Shown here piece by piece: positions 1 through 9,234 of a stretch of DNA of 64,000 nucleotides. The DNA is taken from assembly GCA_027021705.1 (NCBI GenBank), contig JALUTT010000181.1, positions 1-64,000 of the forward strand, given 5' to 3'. The stretch's first letter is position 1, and each line of letters begins with the position of its first letter. A program made the translations under genes and the position numbers. The DNA comes from Anaerolineae bacterium (GTDB taxonomy: Bacteria; Chloroflexota; Anaerolineae; S140-20). The notes below the pieces were generated by a model that saw nothing but the letters and a program-made list of their open reading frames with translations, was not told where the DNA came from and made no database searches.

Positions 1-60
1 AAGCGTAAAGACGTGAAGCGTAAAGACGTGGAGCGTAAAGACGTGAAGCGTAAAGACGTG
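1..60. repeat. 15-bp tandem repeat (AAGCGTAAAGACGTG) x4, may extend beyond the window
   Basis: Four consecutive copies, one with a single A>G change, just upstream of the galE RBS. Confidence 0.9.
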
Positions 61-86
61 AAGGTAAAGGTAAAGGAGGGAAGTCA

Positions 87-1085
87 ATGAAGATTCTGGT
101 CACAGGAGGTGCTGGCTACATCGGCAGCATTGTGGTGGAAGAGTTGGTTCAGGAAGGTGAGGAGGTCGTCGTCTTCGACAACCTGCTCTTCGGTCATCGG
201 GAGGCCGTCCATCCGGCGGCGACCTTTGTCTTCGGCGATCTGGCGGACCGGGCCGCTGTGCACGATCTCTTCGAGAGCCACCGCTTCGATGCAGTGATGC
301 ACTTCGCCTCCCACACGCTGGTGGGCGAGTCCATGCGGAAGCCCTTTCTCTACCTGGGAGCGAACGTGACCAACGCGCTGAACCTGCTTCAGGAGGCCGT
401 GGACCACGGGGTGCGCCGTTTCATCCTCTCCTCCACGGCCAACCTCTTCGACCGGCCGGAGCGGATCCCCATCACCGAGGAAGAGCGGATCGTCCCTGGC
501 AGCCCCTATGGGGAGTCCAAGTTCATCATCGAGCGCTTTCTGCACTGGCTGGATCGGATCTACGGCTTCCGCTACGCGGCCCTGCGCTACTTCAACGCGG
601 CTGGCGCCTCCCCCACCGGAGAGCGGGGTGAGGATCACGACCCGGAGACCCACCTGATCCCCCGGGTGCTCCAGGTCGCGCTGGGCCAGCGGGAGAAGAT
701 CACCATCTTTGGAGACGACTACCCGACCCGCGATGGGACACCGGTGCGCGACTACATCCACGTGACCGACCTGGCCCAGGCCCACATCCTGGCGCTGCGG
801 GCGCTGGACGAGGGGAGCCGGACCTACAACCTGGGCAACGGGCAGGGCTTTACGGTGAGGGAAGTGATCGAGGTGGCGCGGGAGGTGACGGGTCACCCGA
901 TTCCGGCGGAGGTGGGGCCGCGCCGGCCGGGCGATCCGGCGGTGCTCATCGCCAGCAGCGAGAAGATCCGCCGGGAGCTGGGCTGGGAGCCTCGCTACCC
1001 GGACCTGCGGACCATCATCGAGCACGCCTGGCAGTGGCACCGGACCCATCCCTATGGCTATGCTTCGACAGGGGAAAGCGGATGA
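87..1085 (+). CDS. galE: UDP-glucose 4-epimerase
   Basis: [12 protein letters not shown]ossmann motif, SPYGESK (YxxxK), [28 protein letters not shown]. Confidence 0.95.
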   Translation: MKILVTGGAGYIGSIVVEELVQEGEEVVVFDNLLFGHREAVHPAATFVFGDLADRAAVHDLFESHRFDAVMHFASHTLVGESMRKPFLYLGANVTNALNLLQEAVDHGVRRFILSSTANLFDRPERIPITEEERIVPGSPYGESKFIIERFLHWLDRIYGFRYAALRYFNAAGASPTGERGEDHDPETHLIPRVLQVALGQREKITIFGDDYPTRDGTPVRDYIHVTDLAQAHILALRALDEGSRTYNLGNGQGFTVREVIEVAREVTGHPIPAEVGPRRPGDPAVLIASSEKIRRELGWEPRYPDLRTIIEHAWQWHRTHPYGYASTGESG

Positions 1086-1091
1086 GCCCGT

Positions 1092-2468
1092 TTAGTCCCC
1101 TCGCAGGTGCACGGCGGGGTCGCCCAGCAGGATGTAGTTGCGGGCGTCGTTGCGGGCCGTCCACCAGCCCACCAGGTCCTGGGGCGGCACCGACCAGCCA
1201 AAGGAAGCCCGCTCCAGGAGTTGCGAGAGCTCCGTCGAGACCTCGGCGAAGCGCTGGTTGAACCCCTCCATCGCGTGCCCCACGGTCCAGCCGGCCAGGA
1301 TTTTGCCCAGGGCGTCCTTGAAGACGTTGAGCTGGGTTCCTGCCCGCCCCCACACAAAGGAGTATCCCCAGGCCCGCTCCACGTGGCCGATCACGGCCAG
1401 CGCACCCCCCTGGGGATGGGCCAGGAGCCGCCGGGGGAGGGCGGCGACGAAGGGGCGCGGGGCCACGTCGGGTGGGGGGCTGCCGGGCCGGTGGGCGAAG
1501 TCCTCTTTCTGAGGCGTGCCGGCGCTGAAGCAGGCGAAGGCGAAGAGGATCATCCCGTGCACCCGGGCCTCGGGGTCCAGGTCGGCCCCCCGGAAGTAGT
1601 GGTCCTCGCTGATGGTGCCCAGGCCGGGCCAGTCCTGGCAGAGGAGCGCGCCCTGCTCGTCGAACTGGCGGGGGTCGCCGACGGGAAAGCCCATCCCGTG
1701 GGTGGCGGTGAAGAGGAAGGCCGGCGGCGGGGCCTCCTTGGCCATCAGCAGCTCCCCCAACTTCTCCTTGGTTGCGGCCTCCCCCCAGAGCTCACGCACT
1801 CCGTAGCCCTGGCGGGCCGGCACCTCCTCGGCCAGGGGCTTGGCCAGATGGTCGGCGCTCAGTTGGGTGGCCGGGTCGTTGGGATGGCGGGTGGCGAAGA
1901 CGGCCATCTCGCGGGCCGTGGGCACGCGGGCGTCCCTCTCGTAGGCGATGACGCTCTCCACGTAGCGGGTGTACTCCTCGGCCGTGTCGAAGGCGAGCCG
2001 CCCCACAGCGTGCTGCACGTCCAGCATATACTGGAAGGAGAAGGGGATGCGCTCCGGCCTCCCCACGATCAGCAGGTAGTAGGGGACCTTCTCCGGGTCC
2101 ACCGGACCGGGGCCGGACCCGTGCCGGGCCAGCCAGAGGTCCTTGGTCTCGCCGGGCTGGTAGTCGAGGACGCGCCCCTGCCGGTGTTCCACCAGGGGGG
2201 CCAGGGCGTCACGGACCTCCTGGGGTTCGTCGGGGTGGAAGATGATGCCCCACTTCGCCTGTTGGAGGTCCAGGGGGTCCACGCCGAAGACAACGCCCCG
2301 CATCTCCTCGCTGATGAGCCGCCACCAGGACTTGAGGAAGCGGAGGAGGGCGGGGTCGTCTTTTTCCCCGAGGATGAGGTCGGCCATCTCCTCCAGTTCC
2401 ATCGGCGGTAGCAAGTAGTCGCCGGTGGCACCGTTAATCCCGTTGAAGTAGAGTTGAGGATCGGGCAT
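1092..2468 (-). CDS. C25 (gingipain-like, clan CD) cysteine peptidase domain protein
   Basis: PYYLLIVG..IPF, VGRL, FTATHG (His), FACFSAG (Cys), GHVERAW and C-terminal NYILLGDP motifs; no signal peptide; GAGGAG RBS. Confidence 0.75.
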   Translation of the reverse strand: MPDPQLYFNGINGATGDYLLPPMELEEMADLILGEKDDPALLRFLKSWWRLISEEMRGVVFGVDPLDLQQAKWGIIFHPDEPQEVRDALAPLVEHRQGRVLDYQPGETKDLWLARHGSGPGPVDPEKVPYYLLIVGRPERIPFSFQYMLDVQHAVGRLAFDTAEEYTRYVESVIAYERDARVPTAREMAVFATRHPNDPATQLSADHLAKPLAEEVPARQGYGVRELWGEAATKEKLGELLMAKEAPPPAFLFTATHGMGFPVGDPRQFDEQGALLCQDWPGLGTISEDHYFRGADLDPEARVHGMILFAFACFSAGTPQKEDFAHRPGSPPPDVAPRPFVAALPRRLLAHPQGGALAVIGHVERAWGYSFVWGRAGTQLNVFKDALGKILAGWTVGHAMEGFNQRFAEVSTELSQLLERASFGWSVPPQDLVGWWTARNDARNYILLGDPAVHLRGD

Positions 2469-2528
2469 AGGATCGTCTCCTCGCTAGCACCTCATCAATT
2501 TGATAAACCACCTACGGAGTTGTCTCCC

Positions 2529-3012
2529 ATCCGTTCAATCTGTTCGCAAATCCGCTGACAGCTATCCGTTCCAGGGCGGCATAGCGGCATAGCGACTGGC
2601 GGCCTAGCGGCCTAGCAGCCTAGCAGCGGGCTGTGGACCGAGGACTGAGGACTGTGCCTCCCATCCGTTCAATCCGTTCGCAAATCCGCTGACAGCTCGT
2701 CCGCTCCGGCCACGGCGGGAGACACGAAGGACACCAAGAGCTCAAAGAGCACGAAGCGGTGCGAAAGGCTGGACAAGCCCTCTTGGGAGCACCACCCCAT
2801 CCGTTCCAAATCCGTTCAATCCGTTCGCAAATCCGCTGACAGCTTGTCCGTCCGCCAACCAAGCCCCCAGAATCACTGAAGCACTGAGGGAGATGAAGAC
2901 ACTGAGCCTTGGGCAGTGCGGCCCAGGTCGTCGGCAAGGCCGTGACCCGACGCCGGGGAGGGGGCGCACAACCCCTCAGTGAGCTCATTTCTTTCAGTTG
3001 CTCAGTGATTCA
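2529..3012. repeat. Composite intergenic repeat: ATCCGTTCAATCCG/TGACAG modules, heptamer tract and ~145-bp GAATCACTGA...TCAGTGATTC inverted-repeat module
   Basis: About 2660-3012 aligns by eye with about 43910-44262; three copies of ATCCGTTCAATC(C/T)GTTCGCAAATCCGCTGACAG. Confidence 0.85.
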
Positions 3013-3034
3013 ACAGCTTTTGGTCACGCTCATT

Positions 3035-3406
3035 TCATATTTCGATTTGCTTGCGGTGGATGAAAGTATCAACGGAGCTGATCTGCCCTCGATATCTGCC
3101 CAGAAGCGATGCGACTTCAGGGGGGCAACCCTCGGCGATGAGCTGTTGTCTTAGCTCGTTTAGGGCTTGCTCTTCTCGGGCTTCTGCGACCTCTCTCCAG
3201 GCGGTGATCCGCTCCAACACGCCGGCCCAATCGCCTGACTGCGAGGCCGTGGTGATAGCGTCAATGAGTTCCTTGAGGAACGAAGTGCGTTCCTCCGGGT
3301 TCAAGGCTTCCAACCAGCGCCACTCTGGTGGAAGGATCAATTGAGTTGTCGAAACGGCGTAGGCTGCGGTGGCCTCTCGCGCTGTTTTCTCGTTCTTAGC
3401 GTTCAT
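3035..3406 (-). CDS. Small hypothetical protein (123 aa), possibly antitoxin-like
   Basis: ATG at 3406 after GAAGGGA; helical charged sequence MNAKNEKTAREATAAYAV...; lower GC than neighbours. The longer ORF-track start overlaps the next gene. Confidence 0.55.
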   Translation of the reverse strand: MNAKNEKTAREATAAYAVSTTQLILPPEWRWLEALNPEERTSFLKELIDAITTASQSGDWAGVLERITAWREVAEAREEQALNELRQQLIAEGCPPEVASLLGRYRGQISSVDTFIHRKQIEI

Positions 3407-3455
3407 GCTCTCCATCCCTTCACTAGGCCGCTCCCTTGCGGGGAGTGATAGCGTT

Positions 3456-3531
3456 TGAATCACTAAGCCGCCGAAGGAAGAAGGACACTGGGCTTCAGTG
3501 GCCCCATCGCCCTCAGCGTTCTCGTGATTCA
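3456..3531. repeat. Short copy of the GAATCAC...GTGATTC inverted-repeat module
   Basis: TGAATCAC at 3456 and GTGATTCA at 3524-3531, with an internal CACTG/CAGTG pair like the 2869-3011 module. Confidence 0.6.
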
Positions 3532-3570
3532 GGAATAGCCGGAAGCAATTGTCAGATTGCCCGACGATTA

Positions 3571-4719
3571 TCAGTAGGGAATCCCCGCCCAGGCGACGGG
3601 CGTCTCCCACGGCTCGAAGTGCCAGGCCGGGCCGACGGGGGCCTGAGCGCCGGGGACCAGCCAGGAAGCTCCCCACTTCTTGACCAAAGCTCCCCAGGCC
3701 CCGGCGTAGTTGAGGGCCCACGGCTGCTGCTCCAGGTTCACCGGCCGGCCCCAGGGAACGCCCGTGCCCGGCCCAACCGCCACAGCGCTGTTCCCGTAGG
3801 CGTGGTCTTTCACCGAGAGGATTGGGATGGGATGCGGCCCCGGCTGGAGGTAGTTGGCGTGGGAGCCGGAGCCCACGTAGACGACGGGGTGGTTGCGAAA
3901 CCGCTTCTCCAGCGCGGGGTCATCCCAGGCGGCACGGCCCGGCGGGCCGATGTGGGCGGAGTAGGCGACGTAGGCCGGCCGATCTCCCCGCAGGAAGACG
4001 AAGACGGTCTCCCAATCCCCCTCGTGATCGTTTATGCCGCCGTGGCCGGTCCCCCAGTCGTTGTAGGCGTAGAAGAACCAGTACTGGATAACCCGGTAGC
4101 CCCGGCTGTACATCACGCGGTAGTAGTAGACGGGAGGGTAGTTGCTGAAATCCCGGTAGGGTTGGTACCGCTTCAACGCTTCCGCGTGGAGTTCCGGGGG
4201 CAGATGCTGGAGGTCGGTGATGAGGAAGTCGGCTTCGGCGGGGGCTTCCACTGATGGCGGCCCTCCACCCGGCGGCGCAAAGGCCATCCCGCCCGGCCCG
4301 GCGGCCCCAGGACCTGTGCCCGGCCCCTCGTCCACACGCCGAAGGGCCGGGTCCTGGAGGGCGAAAGAAACAGCATCGGTCTCCTTCACCAGCAGGTGCG
4401 GTTCCACTTGCCCCTCGATGCCGTAGAGGGCCAGCCCGCCCTTGCGCAGGCGTTCCCACAGGGAGGGGGACCGGCTCAACACGCTATCGGCGGCGTAGGC
4501 CAGGTAGTGCTCCCGGGATTCGGGCGGAGAGATCTGCCCCAGCGTCTCCAGGCTCAGCCCATCGGGCACCTCCACCGGTCCGACCTCCTTGCGATAGAGC
4601 CGACAGTGGGCCACGTAGTGCTCCACGGCCATCGGGAAGAAGTTCTCATCCCGTCCTTTGTCGTCTTTGCTGAAGAGCAACACCGGTTCGTACTTACGGA
4701 CCAGACTCAGTGGGGCCAT
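3571..4719 (-). CDS. Vps62/DUF946-like (NPP1-related HEGDWE motif) protein
   Basis: YEPVLLF, IQYWFFYAYND, HEGDWE, YSAH, PVVYVGSGSHANY, YAGAWG..GP motifs. Confidence 0.7.
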   Translation of the reverse strand: MAPLSLVRKYEPVLLFSKDDKGRDENFFPMAVEHYVAHCRLYRKEVGPVEVPDGLSLETLGQISPPESREHYLAYAADSVLSRSPSLWERLRKGGLALYGIEGQVEPHLLVKETDAVSFALQDPALRRVDEGPGTGPGAAGPGGMAFAPPGGGPPSVEAPAEADFLITDLQHLPPELHAEALKRYQPYRDFSNYPPVYYYRVMYSRGYRVIQYWFFYAYNDWGTGHGGINDHEGDWETVFVFLRGDRPAYVAYSAHIGPPGRAAWDDPALEKRFRNHPVVYVGSGSHANYLQPGPHPIPILSVKDHAYGNSAVAVGPGTGVPWGRPVNLEQQPWALNYAGAWGALVKKWGASWLVPGAQAPVGPAWHFEPWETPVAWAGIPY

Positions 4720-4832
4720 CGCTTCCTCCCTGGGGCTATGGCAAGTAGTGAGTGGTCGGCTCTGAGACCCACCGCCGGAAGAGGGGGGACTGGTCCTGGG
4801 TGAACAGTTACGGCGTCGTGTCCACGGTGACG

Positions 4833-5249
4833 TCAGGCCTGGCTCTCTTCCAGCAGGTGGGAGACCCAGGCAACGGCCTCCTCTGCCAGCTTTACGGCCT
4901 CCAAGGCTGCCTCCTGGGTGTAGACGTAGGCCGGGATGCTGTCCGGCAGGCTATTCGGATAGCGGGTGGGAACGTAGTAGCCATCCAACAGGCTCCAGCG
5001 GCGAGCTTTTTCGGCGAACTCCGGCCGATAGTGGGCAGCAGCCGCACACAGGCGCTCAATGGAGTGGCCCAGGATGATCTCTTCGCCCTGGGCATACAGG
5101 AAGGCTTTCAGGGCCTTTTCCGTTACCTGTTGAGCTAGGAAGCAAGCCAGGTGCCACCCGCCCTCCTGAGCCAGCAGCTTGGCCCAGCGTAGGTCCTCGG
5201 TGGCCTGGGTAAGCCAGCGTCGTCCTTCCTCAAGAGGGCTCCTTCTCAT
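4833..5249 (-). CDS. HEPN domain protein (MNT-HEPN pair)
   Basis: [32 protein letters not shown]; overlaps the MNT stop. Confidence 0.9.
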   Translation of the reverse strand: MRRSPLEEGRRWLTQATEDLRWAKLLAQEGGWHLACFLAQQVTEKALKAFLYAQGEEIILGHSIERLCAAAAHYRPEFAEKARRWSLLDGYYVPTRYPNSLPDSIPAYVYTQEAALEAVKLAEEAVAWVSHLLEESQA

Positions 5250-5589
5250 AGAGCGTCACTCCCGTTTCTACGGCCCGCTTGACGAAGCCTCCCTGCTTCA
5301 TCCTCTCGAACTCCTCCGGCGTATAGACCAGCAGGTCCACATCCACGCCCATAGGGATCTGCTGGTAGAGAGCCGCCGTGCGGTGGATGAAGTCCTGGTC
5401 CGAGGCCATCACCACCAAGAGGTCGAGGTCGGTGAAGAGGTCACGCCGGCCGGCGGCATAGGAGCCGAATAGGATCACCCGCTCGACCTCTGGAATGCGG
5501 GCTAGGTGGTCCACGATCCGGGTCAGGGCTTCGTCCAGAGCCCGGACGTAGGCAGCACGTTGGTGAGATAGTTCCCTTTTCTCAGGCAT
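5230..5589 (-). CDS. Minimal nucleotidyltransferase (MNT)
   Basis: ILFGSYAAG...TDLDLLVV and [11 protein letters not shown] motifs; start taken as MPEKREL. Confidence 0.88.
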   Translation of the reverse strand: MPEKRELSHQRAAYVRALDEALTRIVDHLARIPEVERVILFGSYAAGRRDLFTDLDLLVVMASDQDFIHRTAALYQQIPMGVDVDLLVYTPEEFERMKQGGFVKRAVETGVTLYEKEPS

Positions 5590-5597
5590 AGCAGGGA

Positions 5598-5659
5598 CCC
5601 TTCCGCAGGTTCTCGATAAGCCGTTGCTGTCGCCGGGCACCGCATGACCTGCGGGAGGG
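5598..5659. repeat. REPIN/MITE-like element, CCCTCCCGCAGGT...ACCTGCGGGAGGG family (copy 1, short)
   Basis: Terminal inverted repeat shared with copies at 16177, 27339, 37819 and 44364. Confidence 0.8.
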
Positions 5660-5674
5660 CGACAAGTCCCGTTT

Positions 5675-8600
5675 CTACCCCTCGCGCCAGTAGATCTCCT
5701 CACTGGTCCAGTAGAAGGCCCGTTCCAGCTCCGGGTTCCAGCCGGTCCTGCCGGCCCGCAGACGGGTCAGCGTCTCTCGGTCGCCGATGTAGGCCAGCGC
5801 CTCGATCGCCTTGCGGCGGAGGTAGGTCCGCTCCCAGCGGCTCAGGCGTGGGCGCAGGGCGATCTTCCCGAAGTCACCTATGGCGATCTCCTCGAAGAGT
5901 GCCTTGTAGCGCCGGTCGTAGAGCCAACCCAGGGACTGAATCGCCTTGCCCTTCAGCCGGACACCTTTGAACTCGAAGAGACAGCGTTCGAGGAAGGCGA
6001 GAGCGGCCGGTTCCTGGGCCCGTATCTTGCCGATCAGGTAGGCCAGCCGCTCGTACCAGGCGGCACGGTTCCTCCAGGTCCTGGCGGGCAGCCCCTGCTG
6101 CCGGGCGACCTGAGCATCGAGGAGGGGTAGGATGGCGCGGCGCGTGACCAGGGCCGGGTCGAGGAGCGCCAGCGCATCGGTCACCGCCCAGCGGGTCTGG
6201 GCCTCGGTCTCCGGGTCGAGGAAGGTCTCGACCAGGTGCTCCACCGCCTCGGATGTCTGGAGATCGCCCAAGGCGAAGGCGGCAAGGGCCTGGAGGCCCA
6301 CCTCCCCGCTCCGCAGGAGGTCCGCCAGCGCCCCCACGTTCCCCTGCTCCCAGAGGTGCAGGAGGTCCGCCAGCCGAGCGTCGGCGTCGCGGATCTGCTT
6401 CATCGCGCGGGGCATCATACGGCGGAGGGACAGAGCGGCCGCCAGCCGCACGCTGCTGACGTCGTAGTCGGGTTCCCCCCGCCAGTTGAGTCGGACCCGC
6501 CGGTTGGCGACACGGGCCAGGTAGGGGATCGCCGAGGGGTGGCCCAGTTGTCCCAGCACCTGGGCGGCCCGGATGCGGCGGGCCACCCGATGCTCGTTGG
6601 CGCTGTCCAGTCGCCAGACCAGGGCGTCCACCACCTGGGCGATCAGGTCGGCGTCAACGCGCTGCTCGCCGCTCTCCAGGATGCAGCGCACGGCCAGGAA
6701 GGGCTGTTCCCCTTCGGTGAGGGCTGCTCCGTAGAGGATCTGCCGGATGAGGACGTTGGGTTTGCGCATCAGCCCGCTGAGCAGCACCAGCGCGTCCTCC
6801 CACCAGCGGAGCCGGGTGAGCCGCCCCAGGGTGGCCGTGATGTCGTCCAGGACCCGGTCCCGGTCTTCCATCGTCAGGAGGGCCTGGGCACAGCCATAGG
6901 CCTGGAAAGCGGGATAGGTGAAGCGCATCGCCTCCTGGCCCACCCGGGTCAGCAGGCCGCAGGCGACGAGGGCGTCGTAGAGGTCTTCCAGGCTGTACTC
7001 CCGGTTGCCCCGCACGGCGGCCATCGTGCGGAAGGCATCGCTCACCGACCAGGTGCTGCAGCGGGCCGTCTGCATCTCCCAGGCCAGGGCGTAGAGGGTC
7101 CGCTCGGCCCGGGCGCGCATGCCATGCTCGACGGGAACGTCGGCGATGGCCTCCTCGACCAGGTTCTGCAACACGGCGGTCCGCGATCGGGGGTACTCCC
7201 CCTCCCGCGCCCGGTCGAGCATCCTCACCAGGAGCCAGGGGATGGCGGCCAGGTCGAAGAGCTGAGCCCGGTCCAGGGCCCGGTAGAGACGTAGGCCGAC
7301 GGGGTCGTTGAGCCCTTTGAGGAACTGCTCGACCTTGCGTTGGGAGAGGGGCTGGATGATCAGGAGATCGGTGGGGTCTAGCCGACGGGGGTCGAAGTAG
7401 TCCGGGTCAACGGCCACGACGTACTCGTGGCGCGGGTAGCGGTGCACCAGACGGCGGATGGCTCGCCACGCCTCACGCCGCATCCGGTCGGGCAGGTCGT
7501 CGCTGCCGTCGAGCAGCACGCGGAAGGTGGGGCCGGTGCTCCGGTCCAGCATCTCGGCGAAGGCGGTCGGCGTCAGCGGTTCGGGCCAGAAGGGCTGCAA
7601 GCTCTCCCGCATCAGGGTCTCCACGGGATTCCCCAGGCCCGTCCGCGCGTTCGGATAGCCTTGCAGGTCCACGTAGAGGGGGACGACGAGGCGTTCGGCG
7701 TCAGGGGCCAAGGAGCGACCGGCCGTGATCCAGGCCAGGCGGCGCATATGGGTGGACTTGGCCATCCCGTGGTCACCGATGAGGGCGACCACGGGAGCCC
7801 GCCGATGCGCTTCCTGCCGCCGAGAGGCGAAAAGGGTGAGCACGGCGTCCACCAGATCACGGGCCGGCGCCAACCCCTCCCGGACCTGGACCAGGCTGCC
7901 CGAATCCTGGCGGCCGACCACGTGCACTGCCTCGAGGGGCAGGTACTCCTCCTCCGGCCAGGGATGGTAGGGGGTGTGGGCGCGGATGGCCTGGAGCGTC
8001 AGGCGGACCGGGTCGGCGGTGAAGAGCTGACCCTGCTGCAGGCGCATGAAGAGGACGGGGACGGCCCAGTCGGTCACCTCCCCCTCGAAGAGGAGCAGCC
8101 GCGCCTGGTTCAACGCCTGGTCCACCACCCCGTGCTCCAGGAGGTAGCCGTAGAAGGCCCCCTCTAACCGGCGCGCCACCTCCATCGGCACCACCGCCTG
8201 CATCGCCACCACCGCCGGCACTCCCGCCCCCACCACCTTCGGCCCCAGCCCCACGAAGGGGTGCTCCGCCTCCGGCTCCCGCCGGGCAGTCTCGCAGGCG
8301 GAGAGAAAGACCAGGCGGGGCAGCGGGTCGAGCCCGGCCAGATGGGTGACCACCTCCTCGTCCCCGACCACCACCGCCTTCCCCTCCTCGTCCTCCAGCA
8401 CCAGGTAGGCCGTCCCCTCCCCTCGCTCCCCCTCCCGCCGGAAGAAGCCGTGGCCCAGGAAATGAAAGGCGTGGCAGTGGGGCAGGTGGCGGACGATCTG
8501 GTCCAGGCCGGTGGGGCCGTCGAGGATCCGGTAGCCCTCCTCCTCCAGTTGGGTCCGGAGCGGGGCCGGAAGCCCGCGCCAGCCGGGCATCAGCGTCACC

Positions 8601-9166
8601 TGGACCTGCTCGGCCCGGCGCAGGTTCCCCAGGGCCTGGTGCAGGTTTTCCACCTCCCGCTCCACGGGGATGGGACTGAGGCCGGGGGGCAGGTCCTGGG
8701 GGCTGGCGATGGCGATGAGCAGGCGGATGGGGCGTTCGGCGAGGGGCTCGGGCTCGGGGATCTCGAGCCCGACGTAGCGGGAGAAGGGGGTGAGGATGGA
8801 GGCGGCGAGGGGGACGGGCTGGCCTCGGTGGAGGTGGTAGAGCCGCTCCCAAGGGATGGCGTGGAGTTCGGCGGCCTCTTGGTCAATCCAGAGGCGCACC
8901 CGGAGGCGGCCTCCGGTCAGGACCTCGGCGCGGCCGGTGGCCTTGTCATAGGCACGGCGGATGGGGCCGTCGAAGAGGGCGTAAAAGAGCTCGAGGCCGT
9001 AGGCTTGGGGGTCGGTTTCGGCCCGCAACAGGGCCTGCCGGTCGAGGCGCAGCCGGCCTCCGGCGAAGAAGCTGCCGTCGTCCAGTCCGGCCTCGACCGG
9101 GTAGGCGTCTATCGTGGCGTCCCAGGGGCGGACGCGGATGAGGAGTTCCCCATACTCATCGGCCAT
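5675..9166 (-). CDS. CHAT (caspase-like) protease + degenerate NACHT/STAND NTPase + HEAT-repeat protein
   Basis: ELHAIPWERL, HFLGHG, LVFLSACETA, VPAVVAMQ, DWAVPVLF (CHAT); GDHGMAKST and VLLDGSDD (Walker A/B-like); C-terminal RIRAAQVLGQLG / AAFALGDL / AIEALAYIG HEAT-like repeats. Confidence 0.85.
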   Translation of the reverse strand: MADEYGELLIRVRPWDATIDAYPVEAGLDDGSFFAGGRLRLDRQALLRAETDPQAYGLELFYALFDGPIRRAYDKATGRAEVLTGGRLRVRLWIDQEAAELHAIPWERLYHLHRGQPVPLAASILTPFSRYVGLEIPEPEPLAERPIRLLIAIASPQDLPPGLSPIPVEREVENLHQALGNLRRAEQVQVTLMPGWRGLPAPLRTQLEEEGYRILDGPTGLDQIVRHLPHCHAFHFLGHGFFRREGERGEGTAYLVLEDEEGKAVVVGDEEVVTHLAGLDPLPRLVFLSACETARREPEAEHPFVGLGPKVVGAGVPAVVAMQAVVPMEVARRLEGAFYGYLLEHGVVDQALNQARLLLFEGEVTDWAVPVLFMRLQQGQLFTADPVRLTLQAIRAHTPYHPWPEEEYLPLEAVHVVGRQDSGSLVQVREGLAPARDLVDAVLTLFASRRQEAHRRAPVVALIGDHGMAKSTHMRRLAWITAGRSLAPDAERLVVPLYVDLQGYPNARTGLGNPVETLMRESLQPFWPEPLTPTAFAEMLDRSTGPTFRVLLDGSDDLPDRMRREAWRAIRRLVHRYPRHEYVVAVDPDYFDPRRLDPTDLLIIQPLSQRKVEQFLKGLNDPVGLRLYRALDRAQLFDLAAIPWLLVRMLDRAREGEYPRSRTAVLQNLVEEAIADVPVEHGMRARAERTLYALAWEMQTARCSTWSVSDAFRTMAAVRGNREYSLEDLYDALVACGLLTRVGQEAMRFTYPAFQAYGCAQALLTMEDRDRVLDDITATLGRLTRLRWWEDALVLLSGLMRKPNVLIRQILYGAALTEGEQPFLAVRCILESGEQRVDADLIAQVVDALVWRLDSANEHRVARRIRAAQVLGQLGHPSAIPYLARVANRRVRLNWRGEPDYDVSSVRLAAALSLRRMMPRAMKQIRDADARLADLLHLWEQGNVGALADLLRSGEVGLQALAAFALGDLQTSEAVEHLVETFLDPETEAQTRWAVTDALALLDPALVTRRAILPLLDAQVARQQGLPARTWRNRAAWYERLAYLIGKIRAQEPAALAFLERCLFEFKGVRLKGKAIQSLGWLYDRRYKALFEEIAIGDFGKIALRPRLSRWERTYLRRKAIEALAYIGDRETLTRLRAGRTGWNPELERAFYWTSEEIYWREG

Positions 9167-9172
9167 ACCGCC

Positions 9173-9200
9173 ATTATAGCCCGGCCTGGGTGGGTGTCAA
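9173..9200 (-). promoter_or_regulatory. Consensus sigma70 promoter of the CHAT gene (probably leaderless)
   Basis: Minus strand TTGACA-N16-TATAAT-N6-ATG. Confidence 0.75.
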
Positions 9201-9234
9201 GGGGGCGTGGTCTGATGAATCACCGGCACCGGCA

